Below are positions 46,581 through 59,640 of a stretch of DNA of 64,000 bases, one piece after another. Each line of letters starts with the position of its first letter. Within the stretch, counting starts at the first letter, position 1. The position numbers and the translations under genes are program-made. Where the stretch lies: contig JARFYF010000112.1 of assembly GCA_030265395.1 (NCBI GenBank), positions 69,652,163-69,716,162 on the forward strand. Reading direction: 5' to 3'. Source of the stretch: Rhina ancylostomus (Eukaryota). The notes under the pieces were generated by a model that worked only from the letters and a program-made list of their open reading frames with translations, did no database searches and was not told the DNA's origin.

Positions 46581-49500
46581 ATGTAGGTAGAGATCACAAT
46601 TTAGGCTGCTATCTAATCTACAGTGCTGTGAAATCCAATTTTATTTTGTGTGTATGTTTTGGAATTGTACCATCTGCCATGCTGCCTGTGTGGAACGATT
46701 CTGAAAGTAGGTACTGATGAAGTGGAGAAAGTAGAAAGTGATATGAGAAATGAAAGCACGAGGTGAGAGAGGAACAGCCTATATAATATGGTGATTACAG
46801 AAGTGTATTCTGTACAGGAACACGAGAGGGGTGCTGGAGCACGGTTCTTTCTGAATAGGGAAGTTTGCCTTACACAGTTTAGGATTGTTGACAACAAAAT
46901 AGTGTTTTTGTATAAAAAAGGAAGATGTATTATCTTTCATAAATGATTTCATATCCTTTGTTATAATTTATTTATAGTTAAACCATCTACAAAATTAACA
47001 ATCAAACAGAGTACTGAGTCAAATACTACACACTACATGAAGTCCACCAAAGCGCAGTATGTTCCTTGGAATAATGAAGTGAGATATATAAATAAATGAC
47101 TTGCACTTCAGGGTGGATTTGCAATACTTTGAAATGCACTGAGAACAGGCGAGGCACTTCAGAAAAGCAAGCTTTTCTTTTTCATTAATAAAATCTTAAA
47201 AACCAAAATACCAGATGCACAAGTTGAAGTTAACTGACATAGTACTTTATTAATGGCCAAGATAAGATGCAAAATAAGTTTCCCTTTGGAATGTTAACTT
47301 ACGATATTACCACAAGTAAACAATCTTAAACCTAGAACCCCAAAAAAATAACTTTGTTATCACTGGGATGGCTGGAGATTTTTAGAATAAGCAATGACAT
47401 AACTTATATCCAAGCACTAGATAATCAATGCATAGATATTTGCATGATGCCAAAAATTGTTTGACTAACTCTCTCAACTGCTGTAGTAAGACACATCTCG
47501 ATATATTGACTGTTGTAAGCATTTGTGCTAAGCATTTTAAACACAGAACTAAATCTTCAGTTCAAGTCCAAGCAATAAAGTCTGTAAAAATGTATCAGCC
47601 AAAAATAATGTCCTGAATTGTGACAGTAAGTACTAATGATTCAAAGCTAAGGTTAGAAATGGTATTGCATGTTGAAGACTAATTGGCAAAACTGTCAGCT
47701 TCCTGTAGGCATCTCAACAATGATTGACACTGTAATTTAATTTAAGTGATGTGAAATCCAGTTTGATTTTACGTAAATTTTTTGAAATTGTACAGAGCCA
47801 TTTCAAATTAAAGCAATGTTGTAATCACACAATCTATATTCAAGGCTTGGAGGTGTCAGTTCTTGAGTTCACAGGAGACAAATGACGTGCACTTCAACAC
47901 CTCTCAGTAATAAAATATCTCAAATGTGCCTTACAAGAGGATCTGAGGACAACAGATAAAAAAGGTTGAAAATGTTCATGTTGATGAGAATCTTGTGCAA
48001 CCTTTTCAACACAGGGAGAAAGGCAACAAGACAAGGGGCAAAGAGGGGCTGGGAGCAGTGGGGGGGGGGAGATGAGTGGGATGAAGGAATTGTGGTCAGG
48101 GGCACAGGCTGGGATGTGGTGGGCAAGTTCTGCAGTTTCAAGACAGAAGTACAAGACTTAGCCAATCTTTGCACATTGTTGAGAAACTCAAATTGACAAT
48201 TTTGTTAAAATGGTTATGAAGTACCTATGGAAGCTGGGTTATCTTAACAATTATTACAGAAATTAAGACTACAGAGGCTCCACATATCGTCTACTTAATG
48301 AACTTGGCCCAATTAGCCCATTCTCAGGAAGCATTGTTCAATAATTAAAAACTGCTCTCAGCTTGGAAAGGATTAGTGTTGAACAAGCTCTATCACCAGG
48401 ACAGGTCAAGGTTGGGAATGGACATATTAAAACTGTTGCTGGTGACTGTGCTTTTCTGAGGCTAAGGTACCCTTTTCAAATGGTGCAAAGTGAGATATTC
48501 TCTTGTTCTCAGACTGCATCTAATCTGAGAACATTTGTCATCAAAAGTTGAAAATGGCTTTGTTCTATTTCCCACTACTGTACTTAGTTTTTCCTCTCCC
48601 CTTGAAGATTATATCTTATTTTTATTGGCATCTCTGAAATTCTTAGACAAGTGCAATTGTCATGAGAAATTTCAGCATGCAGGCCAAAACTTTGTCAATA
48701 CCAGCTTTCAAGTCAAACAATGAAGAGGGTTTACAGAAATCTGGACAAGTTTGTATTGGAGGCCATATGGAAAAGACTATATTTCCCAATCTCTGAAATG
48801 AACAATGTTTATATAATAGAAAGGTTAATGATGAACTACTGCTCAAACTGAATCTGCAGGAGGTCAGAGATCAGTGTGGTTTTAATAGATAATTAATTGA
48901 CCTGTTGACTAAATGGACCATAAAGGAGTGGACAATACTGAAATTAATAGTGTTGACAGGAATAGGTAAATACTGATACAAGTGGAACAAAATCCAGGAC
49001 TGTGATACGCTAAGGGGATACACACAGCAGCTGGGCTTATCAGAAAAATACTTGTACAACAGCATTTGTAAATAATTAATTGCACCATTAGCAGCAACAC
49101 AGGACAAGCCATCATATAATGATAAAGATAATCTGCTGGGCAGTTTTCAGTTTGTTGAATAGAATGGTGAACAGGAACACATTTCATTGCACTTGCATAG
49201 AAATTCTGTTACACTGATTGGCCTGTGCCCATCTGCTCCAGTCAACTCAGAAGTGAGACACTTTGCAAATGTGATTCGAAGTTCCCAACTGCCCAGATCC
49301 ACTCTCCTGCCATTGGTGCTCCTATTCTTATTGAGTATGTCTCATATGCCAATTGGAAAGTAATCACACACTTCATTATCCAACCAGATGAATCTTAACA
49401 GTTAATCATAGAAATCATGATACAGCACAGAGACCATTTGGCCTTCTGCTCCTTTGCCAGTTCTTTGAATGAGCTACTCAAAGTTGTTGTTGTTGTGGTG

Positions 49501-52500
49501 GTGATGGTAATGTTGGTGGGTATATTCATGTTGTAACAACAACAACTTGTACTTCTGTAGCACCTTTAACATAGCAAAGTATCCCACAGTGTTTCATAGG
49601 AGTGCTATCAATTACATTTTGGCACTGAGCCACAGAAAGAGATTTTAGGATAGATGATTAGAAGCTTGGTCAAAGGAGAGCACAACAGTATTATTAAATA
49701 GTCAAGTAGTGCTAATGTAATGAATCTCTTCATTCTATGAGTCCAGTTATCAAATTCCCTGAACTCTTAAACATTGCTTCTAACCACTATCTGCTTACAT
49801 CCAGAAAACATTCTATTAAGACAATGTTCAATGTGCTTGCTGAGAGCAGTCCATATTCCCATTGAACCCCAATTATCAACAAAATAAAGAATGAGGCTTG
49901 AACTTGTATTTGCAGAGCAAGTCAGAAAACAGGCAGAATACTGGCAGTTAATATATTAGCTCCTGCATACTTTCTAACTTATCTGTATGTTAAGGGTGCT
50001 ACAATTCCAAAATTTCTCAAGACAGACATTATCCTCTCTCTTCTGCTGGTGGATTGGTCTCACTAGAATTTTAGATCTTGATCCATGCCCTCACCAGTGT
50101 GCAAATTGTAGTGCAAAAGAGGATGAGGGGTTCATGAAGGTTAGAAAACAGAGAAGCACAACACTTTACACATTCTGCCCTTATCCTAGCTGCTTCCTTT
50201 GCCCTTGGTAAGACTGGCACTCATTGAGTTGCATCTGTTGTTGAACAAATGTTTCCATAATGATCTAGGGTCGTTCTTTTTGTAAAAAGGAATGTTATCA
50301 CAACACAAAATGTTCAGTCTACTACTAAGTCATCGCAGCAGACATCAGCCACATCTGGAAGACTGGATCAAATTGATGCCTTATGCAAGGTGACATCCTA
50401 ATTGGAAGGGTTGTAGCAGATTCAAGACAGAGCAGGTAGAAAAGGAACAGAATCTTGTTACATCAGGACTCCACAATGCTTTTTGCATTTACTCATTTCC
50501 CAGTCATTTGGCAGTACTCAAAACATTTTTATCTCATTCCACAGAAATCACTTACATTTACCAAGAAGTTTGCTTGTCCATTGGGAACAGAAGAGAGTGG
50601 AACTGAATATTTTTGCCAGACCACCCTCTCATCATCAGAAATACCTTTTCCTAATGTTCATTGGTGTGGGTGTCAATGGTGCAGCTTTAAAGGCATGAAC
50701 TGCTCACTCGGAACATATGAACGAACAGGTCCCTTCAGTTTGGCAAAGGGCTTGAGTCTCATCACTTCAGCAGACTTTCTCTCACTTTTCTGCTGATCAA
50801 TTGGTATTACTGGATCTAGTACAATTTTCCCCAAACAGACTGTCAATTCTAAGGCTGTTGGTTCTTCGAAGACTGAGATTATTTTTATTAGCTTGGGGAG
50901 CCAAGAAATGGTACAGTAAATTGAAACATGTAGATCTGCCACAACCTAACCAGAAGTCTGAGGAGGATTAGAGAGTCAAATGCTGTTCTTATTCTTATGT
51001 TCAACATGGGCGTGGGTTGTTAATGGATATCCACAGACTCACACAACCAGTGATTCCCCACACCCAGCTATATTCTCCAATTGCACAAACACAGATTCTT
51101 CATTTAGAAACACACAACCTTATCACTGATGTGCACTCTTCCTTTATGGTGTGGATTATACTTTACATCAGTCAATCAGTGGCTGTGCAGGCAGATTATT
51201 TGCATAGAATTCACCAGTGACCCTGGGCTGAACTTGAACTCTTCAAGATGTGAAACTGCAAAATAAACAAACCCAATGCGAACCCTCCCTCTTGCAATGT
51301 TCCTACCCACAGGTTTTCTTTTTCTTTTTTAACTGATGTGGTCTGGGTTTTCCAGGCCTTGGGGGGACTGCAGTTGAATGCAGGTGAGAAGGATCAAATT
51401 CATAAAGTCAGTGCCTTTGTAACACAGCTTGTGGGCTGAAAGGTATAGGAAGGCCCAACAAGCTTACTCTGTAATCCACCCACGTTCCCAATCCTGTGAT
51501 CTCCCTGCTCTCTGCCCGATAACCATTTTGTCCCAACAATCAGCATCCTATGACAATAGGATCTGCCACGTTCTTGCAAGGGGATTCAAGATTCTTTGAA
51601 CGCACCCCTCCCCCCACCTTTTCACAACTAAATATGGACACCCCAAAGCATTCAGATTTTCCCCTACAACTGTAATTATAACTCTCCAATCCACAGACTG
51701 GACCACAAGGGGGATCTGGACCTCAGTCCTCACATATACTGCCATTCCTCCACTCCACTGCCCTGGCCACCATTAGCTTCTCCAATCTCACATCTCTGTT
51801 GTATGCTTTCATTGGCAGCCATGTGAAGCTGGCTTCCCACCCTTCACTGATCCTTTCAGTATAGAATTCACCCCAACTTAAATTAGATGACCTCAGGGAC
51901 CCTACATGCAAAGCCATTTAATTGGTGATCATGCATTTCACACAAAATGCATCTGACCAATGACGTAGTTCAAAATCTGTGATGTGACTGGGAGATGCAG
52001 TAATATGTCTAATAAAGGGAGTGAGAGACAACATTCATAACGGAACGTTTCCCACTGTGAAGATCTGAAAGGCAGTTAGACAGACACAGGTAGTGACATG
52101 CAGACAGGCACAGGAACAGGCAGGGAACTGAGGGATATAGACCATGTGCAGGTAACTGGGTTCAGGCTAAATTGGCATTATGGTCAGAACAAACATCAAG
52201 GGCTGAAGGGCCTGTTCTTGTGCTGTACTGTTATATATTCTATGTACTATGAAAGTCAGATATTTCTCTACAGCAATGAAACACTTTCTAATATCATTTC
52301 TGAAAACAATTGGTCAGTTCACCAATATCTCCCTGAGGGCGGGATCGTGACTCAATACACAAATATTTCCCTGAGGGAAAGACTCAGGCTCCCCACATAA
52401 CATTTAGGATAAGCTAGTAATTTAACATAAATTCAATTCCCATTTGAATTTAATAACTGTTCACATCAAACCAAAACATTTGTTGGTTTGTACATTTTTG

Positions 52501-52669
52501 CAATATCTTCAAATCCCCCCTGACTCTTTTTCAAATATAATTGGAAGGGCTGGATGTTTTGAAAGTTGACAGAAACCCTCAGGCAATTCTATTTTGTACA
52601 AATGATATAAGCAAAATGTGGTGCTGCGGCAGTGCAGTATTAATCTACAGAATTGTGATTTTATAAGCA

Positions 52670-53820
52670 TATTTGTGAATCTGCAGGAAAAGTTATAAAT
52701 ATTTCTGGTTGCAAGGTGTTCAGTAAAGATAAGGAAGTGAAAAAAGGATGGGGAGAGGCACTAATGATTAAGGAAAATGTTGCAATGCTGGAGAAAGAAG
52801 ACGTCTTGGAATGATCAAGGACAGAATCTACCTGTTTAGAATAACAGAAGAGCTACGGTTACATGACTGGGACAATTCTGCAGGCCACCAACCAGCAGGA
52901 AGGATATTGAGGAGAAAACTTCATGGATCTGCAAAAACCACAGTGTGGTTATAATAGTGGCTTCAACTATCCAGATGTAGAGAGGGATGGCAATAAGATA
53001 TGGGGTAAAAGGAGGAGCGTTTGGATGAACTTTCATGATCTCTATGTTTCTGGCCCATTGAGGACGATGGCATTATTTGACAACTCTGGGAAATGAGTCA
53101 GGCCTAGAGGGGCAAGTACCAGAGGAGGAACATCCAGGAAACAGTGATTATAATATTGTAATGTTGACTTTTTATTCTCTAATTGACCCCACTTCACTTG
53201 CAATCCTTTTCATGCTTGTATGACTATAGTATATTTTGGATTCCCTTTTTATATTTGCCTGCAGTTTTTTCCTAAGTTCTTAAGATCACTCCAAGATAAA
53301 AAAAACAACTAATTGATGAAGGGTCAATTTCAATGGGATGAGAACAGATCTGGCCCAGGTAAACTGGGATCAAAGCTAGGCAAGCTAAATTGTAATTTAG
53401 CAATGGGAGGACTTTAAAGTGGAAATGTTTCTATCACAGTCTAGCTATATTCCCATGAGAGTAAAAGATACATAAATTAAAACTGGGGCTCTAAGGATGA
53501 ACTGAAAGATGGAGAATAAAAAAAAACAGCAAAACAAAATCAGCATGTGAAAGAACCCGAGTTTTAACACAAGGGAGCAAGTCAAGAGGGGAGTAAAAAA
53601 GGAAATAAATGAGGCAAACTGGGAGCATGAGAAAAGACTGGCAGCAATCAAGAAAAGGGATAAAAACATTGTACAGCCATGTAAGCAGGAAAAGGGTTGA
53701 AGTAGGACCAATTAGAGGAGTTTACTCATGGAAGGAGAGGACATGGCTGACTTACTCAAGGAGTACCTTACATCAGTCTTCACCAAGGAAGGAGACGCTG
53801 CTGGAGTCTCAACAAAAGAT
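52670..53820 (+). mobile_element. CR1 ORF2 remnant (endonuclease and linker)
   Basis: NISGCKVFSKDR..KKGWGEALMIKE, RPPTS, GFNYPD and EEHPGNSDYNI remnants. Confidence 0.8.
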
Positions 53821-53899
53821 AAACTTCATACTATCATTAATAGAAGATATTAAGCCAAGCTGTGTGCGGGTAAACTAGGATGGCACATCATGAGGCCAC

Positions 53900-55200
53900 A
53901 TGGAGTGAGTTATCAGCTACTTCAAAAGTATGACATCAGAGATCAAACAATGTGCATTCTTTTATCAGGCTCTCTGACAACATGCTTGCTATATCAGTGA
54001 CTCAGGCAAAAGATTCAATAGCTTGCAATGGTGATTTACTATGGATGTAGGGTTTCCTCAGAAATTATACAGTAGTAGAGTGACGTCATGATGCGTCTGA
54101 TGCCATAGGTAGATCCAGTTGCCAGGGTTCTGCAAATATGAGAATCATCTTAATGCTGCAAGATGCAAAGACCAGAAGTTGAGTTGATGGTTCATGCCTT
54201 GCTGTTGGAGAAGTGAATGTCATTCAAAAGTTATTGCTTGGAGAAGAATCTCAGAAGGGTAAAGATAGATATATCTGCTTTAAATATATTGCCGTACTGC
54301 TCCAATGTTATGTTTCTTTTGCAGAGATTCTGTAAGCATATTAGGACCTCCATGCGGATGTCAAAGCATGATCTTTGGTCAGTAATTATACAGATTTCTA
54401 TGCCAAATGGGTTGCAGTATTCAAGGTTCAACTGAGGTCATGAGGCGACAGAGTGTATTACTGGATCAAGTGATGCTAAAAGAAATTGCATCTGCTGCCC
54501 AAGCCTCCCATTGAATAGAGAGAATATTAAATGCCCTTCTGACCTCTTTGAATAGGTCTAGTACATTGCATTGTTCTGATCCTAAATATCCTTTACTGCA
54601 AGTGTTCTTAAGTGGGCCATTTGTTAAGGGTCTGAGATCTGTGAACGAGAAGAATTGCTAGGCGTTATTGTATTCTGTCTAAGATTAATTCAAGATGCAA
54701 TAGTTATTCGGTTTGAAAAGTGAAGGCAGCATTTGAACCATAAAGAATAACCTTCATATTTTTCCAAAGCTTTGTGATTATGACAATATCACTTTTCCAG
54801 TTAGGTCTTTGCTTCTGAGTAAGCCCTTGTTGCACTGACCGGCTGAAACTAAGAACTGGATTGGAGCTACAGCCTGTTGTTTATCGGAGGAAAGGTTTGC
54901 TTCCATTTTAAGCTAAATAACTTTCCAGGCGTCATTATCAGTTACAGTATGGCTGCATTGTAAACGTGCACATAATTGGAGGTAACACACTGGCCAAAGA
55001 ATATGTCTATAATACATTAGTGGGTTAAATGAGACTCCAAATGTGTGAGTGTTTTGAGCATGAATGTGCAAGAAGGATTGGTTGATATTGGTTTATGAGA
55101 ATCTTTCCAGGATCAAACACTGCCTTACAAACAACACATGCAGTTAGGTATTGTCATCCAGGAAGCCAAGCTGAGGGCATTGATTGAGTGGCTCTGCACT
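53900..55200 (-). mobile_element. Possible highly decayed DIRS-like (tyrosine-recombinase) retroelement
   Basis: Minus-strand order LGFLDD (55153-55170, YLDD-like), KSDI (SDN-like), VLDLF, EAWAADAIS and LQPIW mirrors the DIRS RT-RNaseH-methyltransferase layout. Each match is weak. Confidence 0.35.
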
Positions 55201-55318
55201 CCTTATGTTCCTGTTGCTGCAGCTCTTCTTGTTTGTCCTGGTGTGTGTGTTTCACCCTGTTGCTCTTTCTGTTTTATCTGCTGGTCCTAGTCTTGTTAGA
55301 TATGATTGNNNNNNNNNN

Positions 55319-55367
<49 letters not shown>
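55319..55367. repeat. (GT)n microsatellite
   Basis: Uninterrupted GT repeat next to a 10-N gap. Confidence 0.97.
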
Positions 55368-55370
<3 letters not shown>

Positions 55371-58139
55371 CGGCGGATAAGAGCTTAAGTGTATAAGATA
55401 TTGGATGTTTAGCCCTTGTATGTTGCCTGTGACCTGGTATTCTTTGTCCATCCATTTTTTCCATGAAGAGAAGTATTAGGTCCAGTCAACTGGACAGTAG
55501 GTACAACAAAATATTTGAAGATATCATGAGGGCATCGATTGAATGGCTCTGCACTCTTATGTTCCTGTTGTAGCATTGCGTTCTTGTCAGTCTTCAGTGT
55601 AAGTAGTATGCAGAGTAACTTCAGAGTGTGACTATGAATGAAGGTTTAGTGTGATTGGCCCTTTAAATGACATTATTTCTGAGGCATCAGCATTAGTAAA
55701 AGCTGGTTCTTCTGTGAGTGAATAGTAACCGTCATTTTTCAGACTAATGTGGCTGAAAATCTCTCTGATGTTGAATTCTGGGCCATGCACTTCTGTTGAC
55801 ATCATTTGGATGAGTTTGATTAAGGAAAGCAACGCTAGTGAGCTCAAAAATTTTGTCCAAACCTTGACAACTGGAGCTAGCTGACCCAGAAATATGTGAA
55901 AAATTACAGCACTCCACGTTAACCCAATTTTCAACAGTGCCTTTAGTTTGATGTTGCACAAACAAATTCCATGCTTGCGGGTTTCTCTTTTGTTGAGTGA
56001 GCTATTTTATGAAGAGAATTCATTCCATTAGGTCACACAAGTTAAGGTGACTAAATGTCCCACCATTTTACCTTAACGTGTAGATAAATATGCTTCAATA
56101 TTAAAGATGATAAACAAAATCCTACATTTCCAGAGTAAAATGCAATTATGGACACTGGAAGGTGATAACCATCGCCCTATTTGCAAAATTTCCTGCAAAT
56201 ATTTGTTTCATTGCCCTTAACATGTCATTAATCAATGGTAAATTGAGCTCTACAGTCATATAAACCAGCTATCAATCACATTTTATCACCACATTAGCAA
56301 TGCACCACAAGGTTATTCCATGCTCCGTTGTTCTCACCCAGTATCCTTTTAGTAATTAGTTTCTTGATAATACTTCATCTGCTATAAATACTTTGGAAAG
56401 ATCACAATGATTCAGATGCAGCAATTTCCTGCAATTGATGATTTGTATTTCTGCAAATGTGCTGGCTAAATGATGTAAGCTTTTCACCATACTTCTCTTA
56501 AACACAGAACACAGAAACACAGTTTGTCATGGTAACGTGGCACTGAAGTAACACAACACAAAAAATGATAGAGAGCATCTCGGATGCTGATGTACCACAC
56601 CAAAGTAGCAGGATGTGGTGCTAAGAATCTCATAGTCCTTTGCATGATGAATTTGTGGACATGGCCATGTCAATGGTCTGTACCTGAAAGTGATAAGGGG
56701 GTCAAGCTGCTGGGAGTGGGCAGGAAGGGGATCAATGTCAGAAGAGCGGAGAGGAGGATGGTGAGGAAGGGGGAAGGGTTGTTTCCAGCTTACTTTAGGC
56801 AATCCATTTTTATGAGATCACAAAACCGAACTGAATCCAGTTTTGGCACATTTAAAAATTCCACCTTTCAAACTGAATGTTGGCGTTAACTTTGAATTTT
56901 ATCCCTGTACTCTTAACAGAGCAAGAGAAGAGAATTTGGTTCAAAACTTTAAAAAACTCACAAAGAAGTTATTTATTAGAAGTGAAGAAAGCAACCTTCA
57001 AATATGTTGAAAGAATGCAATTATTTCTTAAAAATTCAGCCTGTCTTTTCTGAGAATTGTCAGCCTCAGATCTGATTTCTTTAATTGGGACATAAAACAG
57101 TTCATATTATTTCTCAAAAAAACTGGAAAGAATTCCAATTATTTCCTTTTCTTTTCTGCAATCTAACCAAAGAGAGTTCACATCTGAAGGTGCCTCACTG
57201 AAGATGCTCGTTCTTATGAATGATCCTAGAAAGTGGCTGCTGGCAGTTCATGTTTTTCATTGGTGGGGAAGCAGAGCGAACATTAATGAATTTGGTCACC
57301 TTTTGCCATCTGCCACTGCTTCCTGCATTTTCACATATTTACACACTACACCACCTCATTGACTGTATATAAAACACTTTAGCCATTCATACATTGTGAA
57401 GAGTGCTTTGTAAGTATAAGATAGCCTTCCTTCAACATAGCAGCAGTGAGCTGCACAGTCCCCACTGAAATTAACTGGTCTGGGATGCTGGGAAGTTGAT
57501 TAGCTCCCATGCTGACAAGGCCTATTTTATAGACAGACTGGGTGACACTATCATGGGTAGTCTCAGAAGGATGGCAGATGACCNNNNNNNNNNATGGACC
57601 CGAGGAAAGAGAATGCCTACTCCTCCTGACTCCAACAAAAAAACACATTGCCTAGTCTTCAAGGTCAGTTGGTTTCCAATCTGTACACTGAACTGCAATT
57701 GGGATCCTGTGGCTATCACGTACTGCAAGTTGACTCCTTTCTCAACCGGGTGATGTCTGGCTGCCCATCCATCCAAGGGGGTGGCAGGGACTGAAGCTCC
57801 TGAGTAAACAGTGGGGTGAGTTACCTGTTGCCCTCTGCTGGCCAAAACTGATCCATTTGTAGCATGGGATGGAGTTAAAATCACCCCTGGCGACTTCAAA
57901 TTGTCCAGAAGGAATAAATACAAGTGTGCTCTCAGAGTGTGCCAATCCTCTCTGTGCCTTATAAGGCAGGAGAATTAGATGAGGGCAGTGAAGGGTAAAC
58001 TTAGCATCCCTGCATTAGAAAGTACTTTTTATTAGCAAGTTGTGATCATTACTGGAAAAGTTTACAAAACTGCCAGTTAGACACCAAACACTGTACTTGT
58101 TTAAGAAACAGATCTAGCAACTCAAAAAAAGCAACAAAA

Positions 58140-58340
58140 AAAACTGCAAGTTTTGGAAATGTGAGATATCATAAAAAATGCTAGAAATATCAGACCTAGC
58201 AGTATCTGTGAGGAGAGAATGAATTTTGTGTTTCATTTTGATCGGCTGTTCTGGTGAAATATCAGAAACCTGAAATTTAAACTCTATTTCCCTCTCCAAA
58301 GATGTTGCCTGACCTGCTGAGTATATCTAGCATTATCTAT
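58140..58340. mobile_element. Degenerate palindromic element related to 10989-11171
   Basis: AACTGCAAGTTTTGGAAAT...ATGCTAGAAATATCAG...GATGTTGCCTGACCTGCTGAGTATATCTAGCAT shows the same arm architecture. Confidence 0.6.
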
Positions 58341-59394
58341 TAAAAAGTGAGATCATAGATATAGAGGGATATCATTTGAGATCTCAACAACCAGCTTTAT
58401 AGTTTCCCTTTATTATGTTTTCCCTATATATTTTAAAACAAAATCAAGAAAAGATTGTTTAATTGCTATTTAAAGAAAGGATCCAGGTTTAATTTTTATA
58501 TATTTTTGCCTAGAAATTTACAAAGCCTGAAGGAGGTTTCAAATAAGAAAATGGGAGTTGAAATCCACAACCTGAGATGTAAATCCATGATGGCAAATGA
58601 AGTAATTGTGATAAAAGTGAAATGGGACCCAAGCCAGTAACTTAAACTCAGCAGCCTGGAAATTCAGAAATATAACACTGCTTTTTCAGTAATGAAACAT
58701 GACAATGACCATTTCCTTAACTGATTTCCACATCATTCACACACAGGATGTTACTGCAGAGGAAATTAGACCAAATTGTCCCAGGAGTGACTGTCATTGA
58801 TCAGTCTCAAGTCAGCCAAGGCTTTGGACCACAGTGCCAGATGAGGACACCTCTAAGTTAAGGTAAGACACACTGCAATCTACTCACCACACAACTCTCT
58901 GATCTCCCCTTCGCACTCTGTTCTCTGCCTCACCCAACCTACTGTTCTCACTACTTCTGAGCGAAGCATACAACTGCGTTGCCTGCACAATTTGGAGCTC
59001 CTAACTTCCTAACTTCCACACCTTTCCCTCATCACCATCACTGTCACTAACTTGATAACCAGACCCTACCTCCCAGTTCAGGTCACCCATCCCCACACTC
59101 ACTCCCAGTTGCTTATTTGGCCTTCGTCCACCCATTTGGCCATGACCTCTGGTGCTCTCCATACACAACTCCCATTGACCTCACTTAATTACTTTTACAG
59201 TGGTTAGTGAGTAGGTCTGTTTAATTACAGATACATGTCTCCTTAGTTTAAAGTGGTTGCCATATTTTACTGTAAAGAAGTCAATTTATCTTTATAAATG
59301 GATCTTGACTGTAATTATAATTAAAGATGAATCGATACATGGTGACAGAGGAGGTTAAATAAATGCCCACTTTATTTTGGAGAATATCTTAAAG

Positions 59395-59640
59395 ATGACC
59401 TCAGTATGCCTTTCCTATGTAAGTACCTGTCCAAATACCTTATAAACATTGTAATTGTATCTGCATCTACCACCTCCTCTGGCAGTTTGTTCCAGATAAC
59501 CACCACCCTCTGTGAGAAAAAAGTACCTTTCAGATCTCCTTTTAATTTCTCCCCCTCCCCTTAAACCTGTGCTCCTTAGGTCTAGATTCCCCTGCCCTTT
59601 GAAAAAGACTCTGACTATCTATGCCCCTCATAACTTATTT
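59395..59640 (-). mobile_element. CR1 3' fragment inserted into the Gypsy leader
   Basis: TCTACCACCTCCTCTGGCAG..TTCCAGAT..CCACCACCCTCTGTGAGAAAAA is the reverse strand of the CR1 ORF2 end. Confidence 0.8.

Noticed and set aside
49481-49548. 14-bp inverted repeat (GTT)n...(AAC)n
   Set aside because: Low-complexity trinucleotide tails, probably from retroelement ends, and not informative.
56788-56807. ATG GAT TGC CTA AA|GTAAGC (MDCLK-like short first exon)
   Set aside because: Phase 2, so it is out of frame with the downstream exon.
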